A DNA stretch of 64,000 nucleotides from an uncultured Anaerolineaceae bacterium (GTDB taxonomy: Bacteria; Chloroflexota; Anaerolineae; Anaerolineales; Anaerolineaceae). Under the pieces are notes generated by a model. It ran no database searches, had not been told where the DNA came from, and worked only from the letters and a program-made list of their open reading frames with translations. Where the stretch lies: NCBI GenBank assembly GCA_964586385.1, contig CAZPIM010000001.1, positions 24,710 to 88,709 on the forward strand, read 5' to 3'. The translations under genes and the position numbers were made by a program. Below, piece by piece: positions 25,741 through 34,902 of the stretch; the first letter of the stretch is position 1; the number at the start of each line of letters is the position of its first letter.

Positions 25741-27247
25741 AAGATCCGCAGGCATACTACTTCACCCATCCAGTCTGCCTGGACCAGATGGGATTGGAGA
25801 CTTAGGACCGGAAGCATATCGTTGGGTTACATTCTTAAAAGATTCAGGCTGCTCATTATGGCAAGTGTTACCACTTGGTCCGACCGGTTATGGGGATTCG
25901 CCTTACCAATGTTTTTCAGCTTTTGCCGGAAATCCTTATCTAATCAATCCAACTTCTTTGATCGATGATGGTTTACTAGATTTTGAAGATCTTGATCAAA
26001 GACCGATTTTTAATGACCAAAACGTAATGTTTGGTGAAGTGATCAATTGGAAATTGTTGCTATTGGAAAAATCCTACCAAAATTTTAAGAATTCAAAAGT
26101 ACTCACTAAAGAATTTGAAGCCTTTAAATTGGCTGAAAATGATTGGGTAATGGATTTTGCATTATTTATGGCAATAAAAGAATCTTTTGGTGGAGCATCC
26201 TGGGAAACCTGGGATAAAAAGTTCAGAACTCGAGATGAAAATACGATTCAAAACTTTAAACAAACGAATCTGGACAAGATTGAATCGCACATTTTCCGAC
26301 AATTCCTTTTCTTTCGCCAATGGAACAATCTGAAATTTTTTGCGAATAAAAATCAAATTAAGATTATTGGTGACATACCCATTTTTGTTGCATTTGACTC
26401 AGCAGATGCCTGGTCGCATCCGGAATTGTTTTACTTTGACAAGAATTTGAAACCGACAGTCGTTGCCGGTGTACCACCGGATTATTTCTCTGCTACCGGT
26501 CAGTTATGGGGAAATCCACTCTATCGTTGGGAAATACATAAACAAACTGGCTTCGAATGGTGGTTAAAAAGAATCAAAGCCACACTTAAACTATATGATA
26601 TTGTTCGTTTGGACCATTTTCGTGGTTTTGCAAATTATTGGGAAATTCCTGCAGGGAATCCCACAGCGGAAATCGGCCGTTGGGTTAATGGTCCAGGCGA
26701 AGATTTCTTTAGAACATTAAAAAAAGAACTCGGTGATTTACCAATCATAGCCGAAGATCTGGGGGAAATTTCTCCGGATGTTTTTGAATTACGGGATAAA
26801 TTTGATCTCCCCGGAATGAAAATCTGTCAATTCGCCTTTAGTGGTGATCCAGACGAACTATTCTTACCACACAATTATCCTGAAAATTGTGTGGCATATT
26901 CCGGAACACACGACAATGATACTGCTCTAGGTTGGTATAAGAGTGCACCTGAAATTGAAAAGGATTTTTACCGAAGATATCTTGCAAGGTCAGGTGAAAA
27001 TGTTTCCTGGGATTTAATTCGTGCTGTTTGGTCTTCTGTAGCATCAACTGTCATAGCACCATTGCAGGATTTTCTCTCATTGGATTCTTCAGCAAGAATG
27101 AATTTTCCCGGAAAGCCGAGTGGAAATTGGTCATGGAGAGTATCAATAGACCAAATCAATTCAAAATTAGGGACACAAATTCAAGAATTGAACTTTATTT
27201 ATGGAAGGTCAGCATTAAAAAAATCGGAAAAACAAAAAAATAATTGA
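25730..27247 (+). CDS. malQ: 4-alpha-glucanotransferase (amylomaltase, GH77)
   Basis: 505 aa. It contains RSAGILLHPSSLPG, DSPYQCFSAFAGNPYLI, VRLDHFRGF and IAEDLG. It overlaps glgC by 11 nt. Confidence 0.9.
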   Translation: MKYKRSAGILLHPSSLPGPDGIGDLGPEAYRWVTFLKDSGCSLWQVLPLGPTGYGDSPYQCFSAFAGNPYLINPTSLIDDGLLDFEDLDQRPIFNDQNVMFGEVINWKLLLLEKSYQNFKNSKVLTKEFEAFKLAENDWVMDFALFMAIKESFGGASWETWDKKFRTRDENTIQNFKQTNLDKIESHIFRQFLFFRQWNNLKFFANKNQIKIIGDIPIFVAFDSADAWSHPELFYFDKNLKPTVVAGVPPDYFSATGQLWGNPLYRWEIHKQTGFEWWLKRIKATLKLYDIVRLDHFRGFANYWEIPAGNPTAEIGRWVNGPGEDFFRTLKKELGDLPIIAEDLGEISPDVFELRDKFDLPGMKICQFAFSGDPDELFLPHNYPENCVAYSGTHDNDTALGWYKSAPEIEKDFYRRYLARSGENVSWDLIRAVWSSVASTVIAPLQDFLSLDSSARMNFPGKPSGNWSWRVSIDQINSKLGTQIQELNFIYGRSALKKSEKQKNN

Positions 27248-28231
27248 CTATAAATTATTTTTTACATTCATACTTTTGTAATTAGTTAAAGAGACCAGAA
27301 AAATACCAAAAAGAATTAATAATCCTCCGCAAATTTCACCAATTTGCGGAGATTCATTTAATAAAAGAAAAGCCAAAATAATTGTTCCAATCGGCTCAGC
27401 CATAAAAGCAACAGAAACAAAAGAAGCTGGAAGATAACCTAATGCCCAATTAAAGGTTGAATGTCCTATCAATTGTGGGAATATTCCTAGTAATATCATC
27501 CACATATAGGTGGAAGTTGAAAAACCAATGAAAGAAAATCCAGAAAAGGATACCCAAATCACAAGCACTATTGCTGCGATGGAATAAACACTAAATGCAT
27601 AAAAAGTTAATGAATATTTATTTCTTAACCGACGACCAACAATAATGTAACCAGCAATCATCCAGGCTCCGGCTAATGCCAGGAAATTACCCAAAAAATT
27701 TCTTCCCGATAATAAATCCCCCAATCCATCACAATTTAAGATGAACCCAGAATTGATACGACAGGATTGACTATTCGAAACAATAATACTGCCTATGATT
27801 GCAATTGAAATTCCAATCCAAATTTTTGGGTTGTTCTTTTCTCTTAATAAAAACGGAGAAAGAATAGCTACCCATAATGGAGTGGTTGTAACCAAAACGA
27901 CTGAACTTGCAACACTTGTATATTCGAGAGACGAAATCCAACTTGCGAAATGTAATGCAAGGAAAATTCCTGCAACTAAAAAACGAATAAAGTCATAACG
28001 ATCAATTGAACGAAACTCGCTCCTATTTTTTAATAAAACATATGGCAAAAGGATTATAGATGCAACCAGCATACGATATGCAGCTATAACAATCGAATGG
28101 GCATTTGATTGGCTAAACCGGATCAATATCGAGGAACTCGATATTGCCAGTATCCCAACTGTAAATATTATGAATATAAATAGATTATTTTGTTTATATT
28201 TTTGATTACCGAACATAACTTCGCTTGACAA
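27248..28231 (-). CDS. EamA/DMT-family transporter
   Basis: 327 aa with about 10 predicted TM helices in two similar halves, typical of the drug/metabolite transporter superfamily. Confidence 0.8.
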   Translation of the reverse strand: MSSEVMFGNQKYKQNNLFIFIIFTVGILAISSSSILIRFSQSNAHSIVIAAYRMLVASIILLPYVLLKNRSEFRSIDRYDFIRFLVAGIFLALHFASWISSLEYTSVASSVVLVTTTPLWVAILSPFLLREKNNPKIWIGISIAIIGSIIVSNSQSCRINSGFILNCDGLGDLLSGRNFLGNFLALAGAWMIAGYIIVGRRLRNKYSLTFYAFSVYSIAAIVLVIWVSFSGFSFIGFSTSTYMWMILLGIFPQLIGHSTFNWALGYLPASFVSVAFMAEPIGTIILAFLLLNESPQIGEICGGLLILFGIFLVSLTNYKSMNVKNNL

Positions 28232-28392
28232 ACATTTTCTGCTTAGCTAAAATTAATTTCACACAAATAGTGTCAGAATATTATTTATGTGAACAATGAA
28301 AATAATCTGACGCTTCATTATATCAACCAATAACCAAATTACTTTAATTTATTTCAGAAAAAAGAACAAAAATAGATTATTTGGAGGAATGT

Positions 28393-28803
28393 ATGACACA
28401 TGTAATTACCAGTTTATGCTTGCGAGACGGTGGATGTATGACGGTCTGCCCTGTTGAATGTATTATCCCCGGAAAACCGGAGGATCAATATCCCTGGTAT
28501 TATATTGACCCTGATACTTGCATCGATTGTGGTGCATGTGTCCCGGAATGCCCTTGGGAAGCTATCTTTCCTGAGGACGAAGTACCATCGGATTATGTAG
28601 CCAAAGGTGATGAAAAAATCTCCATGCCAATCGGCACACCCGGTTTTGATGAGATTTATGACGGCACAAATCATGATGGAGAAGCAGTTCATCTGGAAGG
28701 TACAAAAACCCTTTCAGCGGGTGATTTGGTTGACTTAACTCCGGCCACTGAAATAAATGCGAAGTTTTTCACAGAAGGACCAGGTTATAGCGCAGCTGGA
28801 TAA
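28393..28803 (+). CDS. Ferredoxin (7Fe-type [3Fe-4S][4Fe-4S] pattern) with a C-terminal extension
   Basis: The start was moved to the ATG at 28393, behind GGAGG at 28383-28387. Cysteine patterns are CLRDGGCMTVCPVEC and CIDCGACVPECP. Confidence 0.8.
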   Translation: MTHVITSLCLRDGGCMTVCPVECIIPGKPEDQYPWYYIDPDTCIDCGACVPECPWEAIFPEDEVPSDYVAKGDEKISMPIGTPGFDEIYDGTNHDGEAVHLEGTKTLSAGDLVDLTPATEINAKFFTEGPGYSAAG

Positions 28804-28825
28804 AACCAATTGTGAGAATAATCAC

Positions 28826-28856
28826 AGAGGAAGTCGCTTGACTTCCTCTTTTATTT
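28826..28856 (+). terminator. Intrinsic terminator after the ferredoxin gene
   Basis: AGAGGAAGTC (28826-28835) pairs with GACTTCCTCT (28840-28849) around a 4-nt loop, followed by TTTATTT. Confidence 0.75.
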
Positions 28857-28881
28857 CTACTTTTACCCCAGGAATGATGGT

Positions 28882-30318
28882 ATGAATACACAATTTCGAT
28901 ATGAAAAAGATTCACTCGGGCAGGTTGAAGTACCGGTTAATGCTCTTTTTGGAGTTCAGACGCAACGGGCAGTAGATAATTTCCCCATTTCAAATTTAAA
29001 GCCCTACAAAGCCTTTATATGGTCAATTGCAGCCATCAAGACATCTGCAGCACAAGTTCATATGGATTTAAACCTTTTGGATCCTGAAAAGGCTAAAGCA
29101 ATTATTTCAGCTGGCTTGGAAGTAATGGATGGAAAATGGGATGATCAATTTGTGGTTGACCCATTTCAAGCTGGAGCAGGCACCAGTCACAATATGAATG
29201 CCAATGAGGTCATAGCAAATCGGGCAACATTAATGCTTGGAGGAAAACTTGGTGATTATCTGGTAAATCCCAACGACCATGTCAATATGGGTCAATCGAC
29301 CAATGATGTAATACCAACTGCAATTCGGCTTGGTTGTTTATGTCGTTTGAAAGAACTTTTGGAAACAATATCCAATCTGAAAGCTGCATTGGAAAACAAA
29401 GCATCAGAATTTGACCCGATTGTAAAAAGTGGCCGTACCCACTTACAAGATGCTGTCCCTGTCAGACTTGGTCAGGAATTTGGTGCATATGCAAAAGCAG
29501 TCGAAAGAGACCTCGAACGTATTGTCAAATCATCCGATACTTTAAGAAGATTAGGTATCGGGGGAACGGCCACTGGCACCGGGCTGAATGCACATAAAGA
29601 ATATCATGATCGAATGGTGCGTAAACTTTCAGCGTTAACCAACCTGGATTTACATACATCCGACAATCTTTTTGAAAGCATGCAATCCACTGCAGATATG
29701 GCAGATTTTTCTGCTTCACTTCGTACATTGGCAATAACATTGACACGAATTGCGAATGATTTTCGATTGCTTTCTTCTGGACCTACCACTGGTCTTGATG
29801 AAATCCGTCTACCGGCGGTGCAACCTGGCTCAAGCATCATGCCAGGAAAAGTAAACCCAGTACTCGCAGAAATGTTAAATATGGCGATGTATCATGTAAT
29901 CGGCGATGATACAACTGTAATGCTCGCATCACAAGCAGGTCAATTGGAATTAAATGTGATGATGCCAATCATTGCCCATAACCTGTTTGAAATGATGCAG
30001 GTGATGATTGGAAGCGTCCGCGCTTTTACAGACAAATGTGTCATCGGAATTCAAGCAAATGTCCTAAAAGCCGAAGGTTGGTTGGAAAAAAATTCGATTA
30101 TTGTGACTGCTTTAAACCCATTAATTGGGTATCAAAAAGGTGCTGAATTAGTTAAAGAAGCAACCCAAAGGAATATTTCAATCAAATCTTTAGCATTGGA
30201 AAAAGTCAGCCAGGGTCAATTGGTTAATAAGAACACACTGGAAAGTATTACTGAACCGGAAATTATTGCGATATTCAGTGATTTAAGAAAATTTACTGAA
30301 GGCGGAATATTATCCTGA
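28882..30318 (+). CDS. Class II fumarase/aspartase family lyase (more AspA-like than FumC-like by eye)
   Basis: 478 aa. The family signature GSSIMPGKVNP is present. NFPIS and GQLELNVMMP resemble aspartate ammonia-lyases. Substrate assignment is uncertain. Confidence 0.85.
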   Translation: MNTQFRYEKDSLGQVEVPVNALFGVQTQRAVDNFPISNLKPYKAFIWSIAAIKTSAAQVHMDLNLLDPEKAKAIISAGLEVMDGKWDDQFVVDPFQAGAGTSHNMNANEVIANRATLMLGGKLGDYLVNPNDHVNMGQSTNDVIPTAIRLGCLCRLKELLETISNLKAALENKASEFDPIVKSGRTHLQDAVPVRLGQEFGAYAKAVERDLERIVKSSDTLRRLGIGGTATGTGLNAHKEYHDRMVRKLSALTNLDLHTSDNLFESMQSTADMADFSASLRTLAITLTRIANDFRLLSSGPTTGLDEIRLPAVQPGSSIMPGKVNPVLAEMLNMAMYHVIGDDTTVMLASQAGQLELNVMMPIIAHNLFEMMQVMIGSVRAFTDKCVIGIQANVLKAEGWLEKNSIIVTALNPLIGYQKGAELVKEATQRNISIKSLALEKVSQGQLVNKNTLESITEPEIIAIFSDLRKFTEGGILS

Positions 30319-31062
30319 GTTTTTCATTTGCATTTCCGCAAACAAACCCGCACCAACAATGCCTGCTTGATTTAGTAATTGAGCAGGCATAATTTTTGTT
30401 TTTAATGTCAGATTTTTTTCAATTTTTTCCCATTTTTTGCTAATTCCACCACCGATAATGAACAAATCCGGTGAGAATAATCCTTCCATAACTAAAAGAA
30501 ATCCATTTAATTCTTTTGCCCATTTCTTCCAGCTCAAATCATTTGCCTGCCTAGCCGCATCAGATGCGCGATGCTCAGCATCTTTCCCTTTAATTTTTAG
30601 GTGACCAAATTCAGTATTTGGCACTAAAACTCCATCAGAAAAAATTGCACTTCCGATTCCGGTTCCTATAGTTAATAAAATTACGACTCCTTTTTGATAT
30701 TCCTGGCCAACACCAAATCTCATTTCCGCCAAGCCAGCAGCGTCGGCATCATTTAAAGTATAAAAAGGAAGACCAAGCATGCTTGAAAATAGATGATCTA
30801 CATTTGTACCGATCCATTTTTCTGAAATATTAGCTGCAGAACGGGCAATACCGTGTTGAATGATGGCAGGAAACCCACAACCGATCGGTCCCTGGTAATT
30901 AAAAAATTTTATTAATTGTTCAACTTCTTTTACAACTTCCTTCGGTTCCGCTCCATCTGGGGTAGGAATTCGATTTCTATCAGTTAGCAAAACACCAGTT
31001 TGGGAATCTACAATTGCCCCTTTAATACCTGATCCGCCAATATCAAGACCTAATACTTCCAT
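30310..31062 (-). CDS. ppgK: ROK-family polyphosphate/ATP glucokinase
   Basis: MEVLGLDIGGSGIKGAIVD...RIPTP is typical of PpgK. The ATG at 31062 is preferred because GGAGGA at 31067-31072 precedes it; the ORF track starts at 31086. The 3' end overlaps the convergent lyase gene by 9 nt. Confidence 0.85.
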   Translation of the reverse strand: MEVLGLDIGGSGIKGAIVDSQTGVLLTDRNRIPTPDGAEPKEVVKEVEQLIKFFNYQGPIGCGFPAIIQHGIARSAANISEKWIGTNVDHLFSSMLGLPFYTLNDADAAGLAEMRFGVGQEYQKGVVILLTIGTGIGSAIFSDGVLVPNTEFGHLKIKGKDAEHRASDAARQANDLSWKKWAKELNGFLLVMEGLFSPDLFIIGGGISKKWEKIEKNLTLKTKIMPAQLLNQAGIVGAGLFAEMQMKNSG

Positions 31063-31076
31063 TATTTCCTCCGAAA

Positions 31077-32219
31077 TTATTGACATCCATTCTGTAAATG
31101 TTCCTCAAAGCTCACAGCAAATTCGTGTAAACCGGATCCGTCACACTTTGCTCGAAAATAATAATAGCTGGATTGTTCCGGATTTAGGACTGCATTTAAT
31201 GCAGACAAACTTGGATTACTGATTGGTCCAGGTGGAAGACCGGCATACAAATATGTGTTATAGGGTGAATCTATTTGTAAATCGATTAATGATAAGGGAT
31301 TCGTCCACCAGGTAGATTGTTGCTGATTAAACCCTAATGCATATTGAACGGTTGGATCGCTATCCAATTTCATATCTATACTATAACGATTTATATAAAC
31401 CGAAGCAATCGCAGGCATTTCGGAAGAGATGATGGACTCCCTTTCAACTATTGATGCCAGAATTACGACTTCATTAAGTGACATTCCATTTTCTGAAATT
31501 CTTTCGAGAATCTCCCCTGAAATGTTTTCTTCAAATCGGTTCGTTAGTAATCTCACAAAATCCGTCAAATCCGTCTCGCGATGTATGACATAATCACCTG
31601 GTGCCAGGTAGCCCTCTAATGATTCAGAATCGACAAAATCATTTTCAAACCACCCTCCTCCAGGATTCTTAACCAAATCTATAAATGCTTGTGGGTCAAT
31701 ATTTAAACCTGACCTTGGAAGTGAAGCTGCAATTTCCTCAGCTCTCCAGCCAGGCAAAACGGTGAAAGGAACAAGTTCAGGTGTAGGGTTGATTATTTTT
31801 TCGGCAATTTCAATTGCGTTCATTCCAGGTTCAATCTGAAAAACACCAGCTTGAACAAATCGGTCAAAACCACGATAAATCAAATAAACTCGAAAAATAT
31901 CTGCATTTTCAATGATTCGATCATCCATCAAACGAAAAGCTATTTGACCGATTGATTCCCCCTGTAAAATTTCGAAAACATACCCTTCTTCAGATATGAA
32001 ACTACTTTTTAGTAAATCATTTCCATTGCGATATAAATCATATGAGTATTTCAATCGATTTATTTGATTAAGTTCCGTTGATGGTTCACCATATTTTGAT
32101 ACGATTTCTGACGTAACAGATTGGTAAATCCAAATTAGCCCAATCAAGGATCCGCACAAGAACGTGAAAAATAAAAATAAAAGGATCGGACGAAAATTAC
32201 TTCTGTTTTTCTTTACCAT
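31077..32219 (-). CDS. mltG: Endolytic murein transglycosylase MltG (YceG-like)
   Basis: 380 aa with an N-terminal TM helix. The YceG-domain motifs ILASIVERE and DSDPTVQYAL are present. Confidence 0.9.
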   Translation of the reverse strand: MVKKNRSNFRPILLFLFFTFLCGSLIGLIWIYQSVTSEIVSKYGEPSTELNQINRLKYSYDLYRNGNDLLKSSFISEEGYVFEILQGESIGQIAFRLMDDRIIENADIFRVYLIYRGFDRFVQAGVFQIEPGMNAIEIAEKIINPTPELVPFTVLPGWRAEEIAASLPRSGLNIDPQAFIDLVKNPGGGWFENDFVDSESLEGYLAPGDYVIHRETDLTDFVRLLTNRFEENISGEILERISENGMSLNEVVILASIVERESIISSEMPAIASVYINRYSIDMKLDSDPTVQYALGFNQQQSTWWTNPLSLIDLQIDSPYNTYLYAGLPPGPISNPSLSALNAVLNPEQSSYYYFRAKCDGSGLHEFAVSFEEHLQNGCQ

Positions 32220-32249
32220 TAATTACTCCGGCTTTTTTTGGATTTTCAT

Positions 32250-32678
32250 TCATTCATTTATTTGTGAATCTAAATATGATTGAAGAATTACAGTAGCTGC
32301 CAATTCATCCATGTGACCTTTTCGTTTCTTTCTTTTTACTCCCATTTGCATTCGGGCTGCTCTAGCTTCATTCGTGCTGCCACTTTCGTCCCAAAGCACA
32401 ACTTGAATACCCGTGAATAATTGAATCATATCCGCCAATCGCTTACCTTTCCTTCCGGATGGAGACAATTCTCCTTCTTCATCTATTGCAATACCTACCA
32501 CAATTAATTTAACATCGTTTTTCTCGGCAACGGACACAATCATTTTGGCGTCGGTTTCCCTTTTCTCATGTTCAATAACGAATAGTGGATTAGCTATTGT
32601 TCCAGATAAATCACTTATTGCCAGACCAATTCTTTTATCACCTGGATCAACACATAAAATTCGATTATTCTCATTCAT
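32250..32678 (-). CDS. ruvX: Putative pre-16S rRNA nuclease / Holliday junction resolvase-like YqgF
   Basis: 142 aa. It contains ILCVDPGDKRIGLAISD and DESGSTNEA. Confidence 0.9.
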   Translation of the reverse strand: MNENNRILCVDPGDKRIGLAISDLSGTIANPLFVIEHEKRETDAKMIVSVAEKNDVKLIVVGIAIDEEGELSPSGRKGKRLADMIQLFTGIQVVLWDESGSTNEARAARMQMGVKRKKRKGHMDELAATVILQSYLDSQINE

Positions 32679-34173
32679 GAAGATTTACCTGAATGCGAAA
32701 TGGGATAAAAGGTAGCCGTTTCAGGAAGTTGGGGTTGATAGAAATATCACTTTGTTTTTTCAGATATTCACTTTTACTTAAAATACTGATAGCTGCGTTT
32801 ATACTTTTACCAGCAATCTGGTTTTTTATTAGATCGGTTTCAACAATTGGCTTTAACAATTCTGTTGCGCTTATTTTCCATCGCATATTGCCATTAATGT
32901 CAAAAACGGGTTGTGTAGTGATTTCTGTGGACATTGAATCAGGAATTCTTGTGTAACCAACCGGGAGATTCGCATTCATTATTTTATTAAGAATGTCATC
33001 CAGATCTTGTTGCTCTATCATCCAAACCGAGAATTCACAGCTTAGTTGATATTGAAAACTTTCTCCCGGAACATTCAACTCTGGAATTTTTTTCTCGTAA
33101 ATTATTTTTGACAATTTTAGAGAATCTTCCGGGAACAAGTAACCTTCGGGATGTTCCTTCTTAATTTCGTCGATTATTTCCTTTTCCATTTTTTCCAATA
33201 ACGCTGATTTGGCAAATTCATAATCAAATTCAGATGGAGATAATGTCTTTGTTTCGCTTCCACCACGAAATTCATCTGGATTCTCAACCATTATGTTTCC
33301 GCCAATTGGTCCTTCAATAGCATTGATCGCCATAGGAGGGACATTGCCAATAATACCGCCTTCTAAACTAACCGCTTGAACCTTTGCTTCCGAATTGATT
33401 ATGCCACTCAAAGTAAGAGCATTTAATGTCTTGAATCGGATCGGAGGTTCGGAGGAAGTCCGCACGATTGTTCCTTTCGGAATTGTCATTCCCCTGTCAG
33501 TTAGATTCCGGAATTTAAGATCGCCTATTGCAAAATTGCTTGGAATTCTAATCGTCCCGGTACTATTACCCTGATAGGTATCAGTCTTTACTTTGTAAAC
33601 AATCTCAAGTGGTATTGCTCCTGAAACGTTGCTGGATTTTATGTCCGGATTTGTCCATAAATCAAGGTCTATTTCCACCGGTTTTACAATTGTTGTTACG
33701 TCAACAATTGCAGAAGGAATGAAAAAAGTTATTAGTGCGATTAGTGATAAGCATCCTAGCAGGAAAAATAAAATCCTGATGAATCGATTTAATACCGGTG
33801 GCTTTCTTTTAATGATTTGAGATAAGAACTTGAATCTTGCTAATCTTTGCTCCTGATTTTCTAAAAAAGTTTTTCTCCTGATTTTTTTTGATCTTCTCCA
33901 TGGCTTTTTATTCGCCTCGGGGATTGAATTAAAAACTTGAATGCCTGCAAATTTGCTGACCTCAATAATTTTTTTCTCATCACAAACAATTGCCAATTGA
34001 GATCCAAGAGATTCTGCTTTTCTTAAAAGCAGCAACAAATCTTTTTCATTTAAAGAAACAGTGCCCTTATCCGGCCAAACGATCAAGATTCGATTAGCTT
34101 TGCTCCAATTCATATTATCAATGATTGAAAAGCAGTCATCAAAAGAATTAAGCTGAAGCAAATGTGTTTTCAT
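32671..34173 (-). CDS. Hypothetical single-pass membrane protein
   Basis: 500 aa. A soluble N-terminal domain of about 100 aa is followed by a basic stretch, one TM helix (ILFFLLGCLSLIALITFFIP), and a large region that looks beta-rich. It overlaps ruvX by 8 nt. I recognise no motif. Confidence 0.6.
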   Translation of the reverse strand: MKTHLLQLNSFDDCFSIIDNMNWSKANRILIVWPDKGTVSLNEKDLLLLLRKAESLGSQLAIVCDEKKIIEVSKFAGIQVFNSIPEANKKPWRRSKKIRRKTFLENQEQRLARFKFLSQIIKRKPPVLNRFIRILFFLLGCLSLIALITFFIPSAIVDVTTIVKPVEIDLDLWTNPDIKSSNVSGAIPLEIVYKVKTDTYQGNSTGTIRIPSNFAIGDLKFRNLTDRGMTIPKGTIVRTSSEPPIRFKTLNALTLSGIINSEAKVQAVSLEGGIIGNVPPMAINAIEGPIGGNIMVENPDEFRGGSETKTLSPSEFDYEFAKSALLEKMEKEIIDEIKKEHPEGYLFPEDSLKLSKIIYEKKIPELNVPGESFQYQLSCEFSVWMIEQQDLDDILNKIMNANLPVGYTRIPDSMSTEITTQPVFDINGNMRWKISATELLKPIVETDLIKNQIAGKSINAAISILSKSEYLKKQSDISINPNFLKRLPFIPFRIQVNLHE

Positions 34174-34219
34174 AAGATATTTGTAAATTATACAATAATC
34201 AAATTTTCTGAATGAAAAT

Positions 34220-34828
34220 TTAAATTCTAAGATCCTTCTTTAAATTTGCCAGTTCACTTGCAGAGAAATATTCCCATTCACCAGGTTTCAAACCCTCAAT
34301 CTTAATTGGTCCAATCGCGACCCTGATCAACCTTAATGTTGGCAAACCAACGGCGGCTGTCATGTGCCGAATTTGACGTTTTTTACCTTCGTTTAGAATG
34401 ATCTTTAGCCAATTTATTGGCCCATGTGGAGTTATTGGCTTTTCTCTTTCTGGAAAAAGTGGATCAGGTATTTTTTCCACAATACATGGCCTCGTCTTAT
34501 AGTTCCCTTTAATGATAGGGCCGATCGAAAGAAGTTCTAAATTTTCTACAGTAAGGATTCCTTCAACGAGAACATAATATATTTTTTGTAGATAGTGTTG
34601 CGGTGATGTGATTCGATGATTGATTTCACCATCATTTGTTAAAATAAGCAGCCCTTCACTATCCATATCCAGTCTTCCCGCAGAATAAACTTCAGGTTGT
34701 CGAATATATTGACTTAAATTCGGGCGATCCTCCGGGTCTGTAAATGAACACAAAACGCCAAATGGTTTATAGAATTTTATATATAGTGGCTTGGATACTG
34801 TCTTGATATTTCTCATAATTATGTTCAC
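34220..34828 (-). CDS. RsuA/RluE-family pseudouridine synthase without an S4 domain
   Basis: 202 aa. The catalytic motif is GRLDMDSEGLLILTNDG, and KKRQIRHM is also present. The ORF starts at a GTG; an alternative ATG lies at 34816. Confidence 0.85.
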   Translation of the reverse strand: MNIIMRNIKTVSKPLYIKFYKPFGVLCSFTDPEDRPNLSQYIRQPEVYSAGRLDMDSEGLLILTNDGEINHRITSPQHYLQKIYYVLVEGILTVENLELLSIGPIIKGNYKTRPCIVEKIPDPLFPEREKPITPHGPINWLKIILNEGKKRQIRHMTAAVGLPTLRLIRVAIGPIKIEGLKPGEWEYFSASELANLKKDLRI

Positions 34829-34902
34829 TTTAAATGTGACGAACTATAAGGGATTATAATATGATAAATTATTTCTGATTTATGTGGAGAACGAAAATAA
34901 AA

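Noticed and set aside
32671-34173. The 500-aa unknown protein as a prophage remnant (baseplate-like beta-rich protein).
   Set aside because: No phage structural, integrase or lysis genes are nearby. It is translationally coupled to ruvX-mltG and has a TM anchor. Nothing in the sequence lets me support a phage origin.
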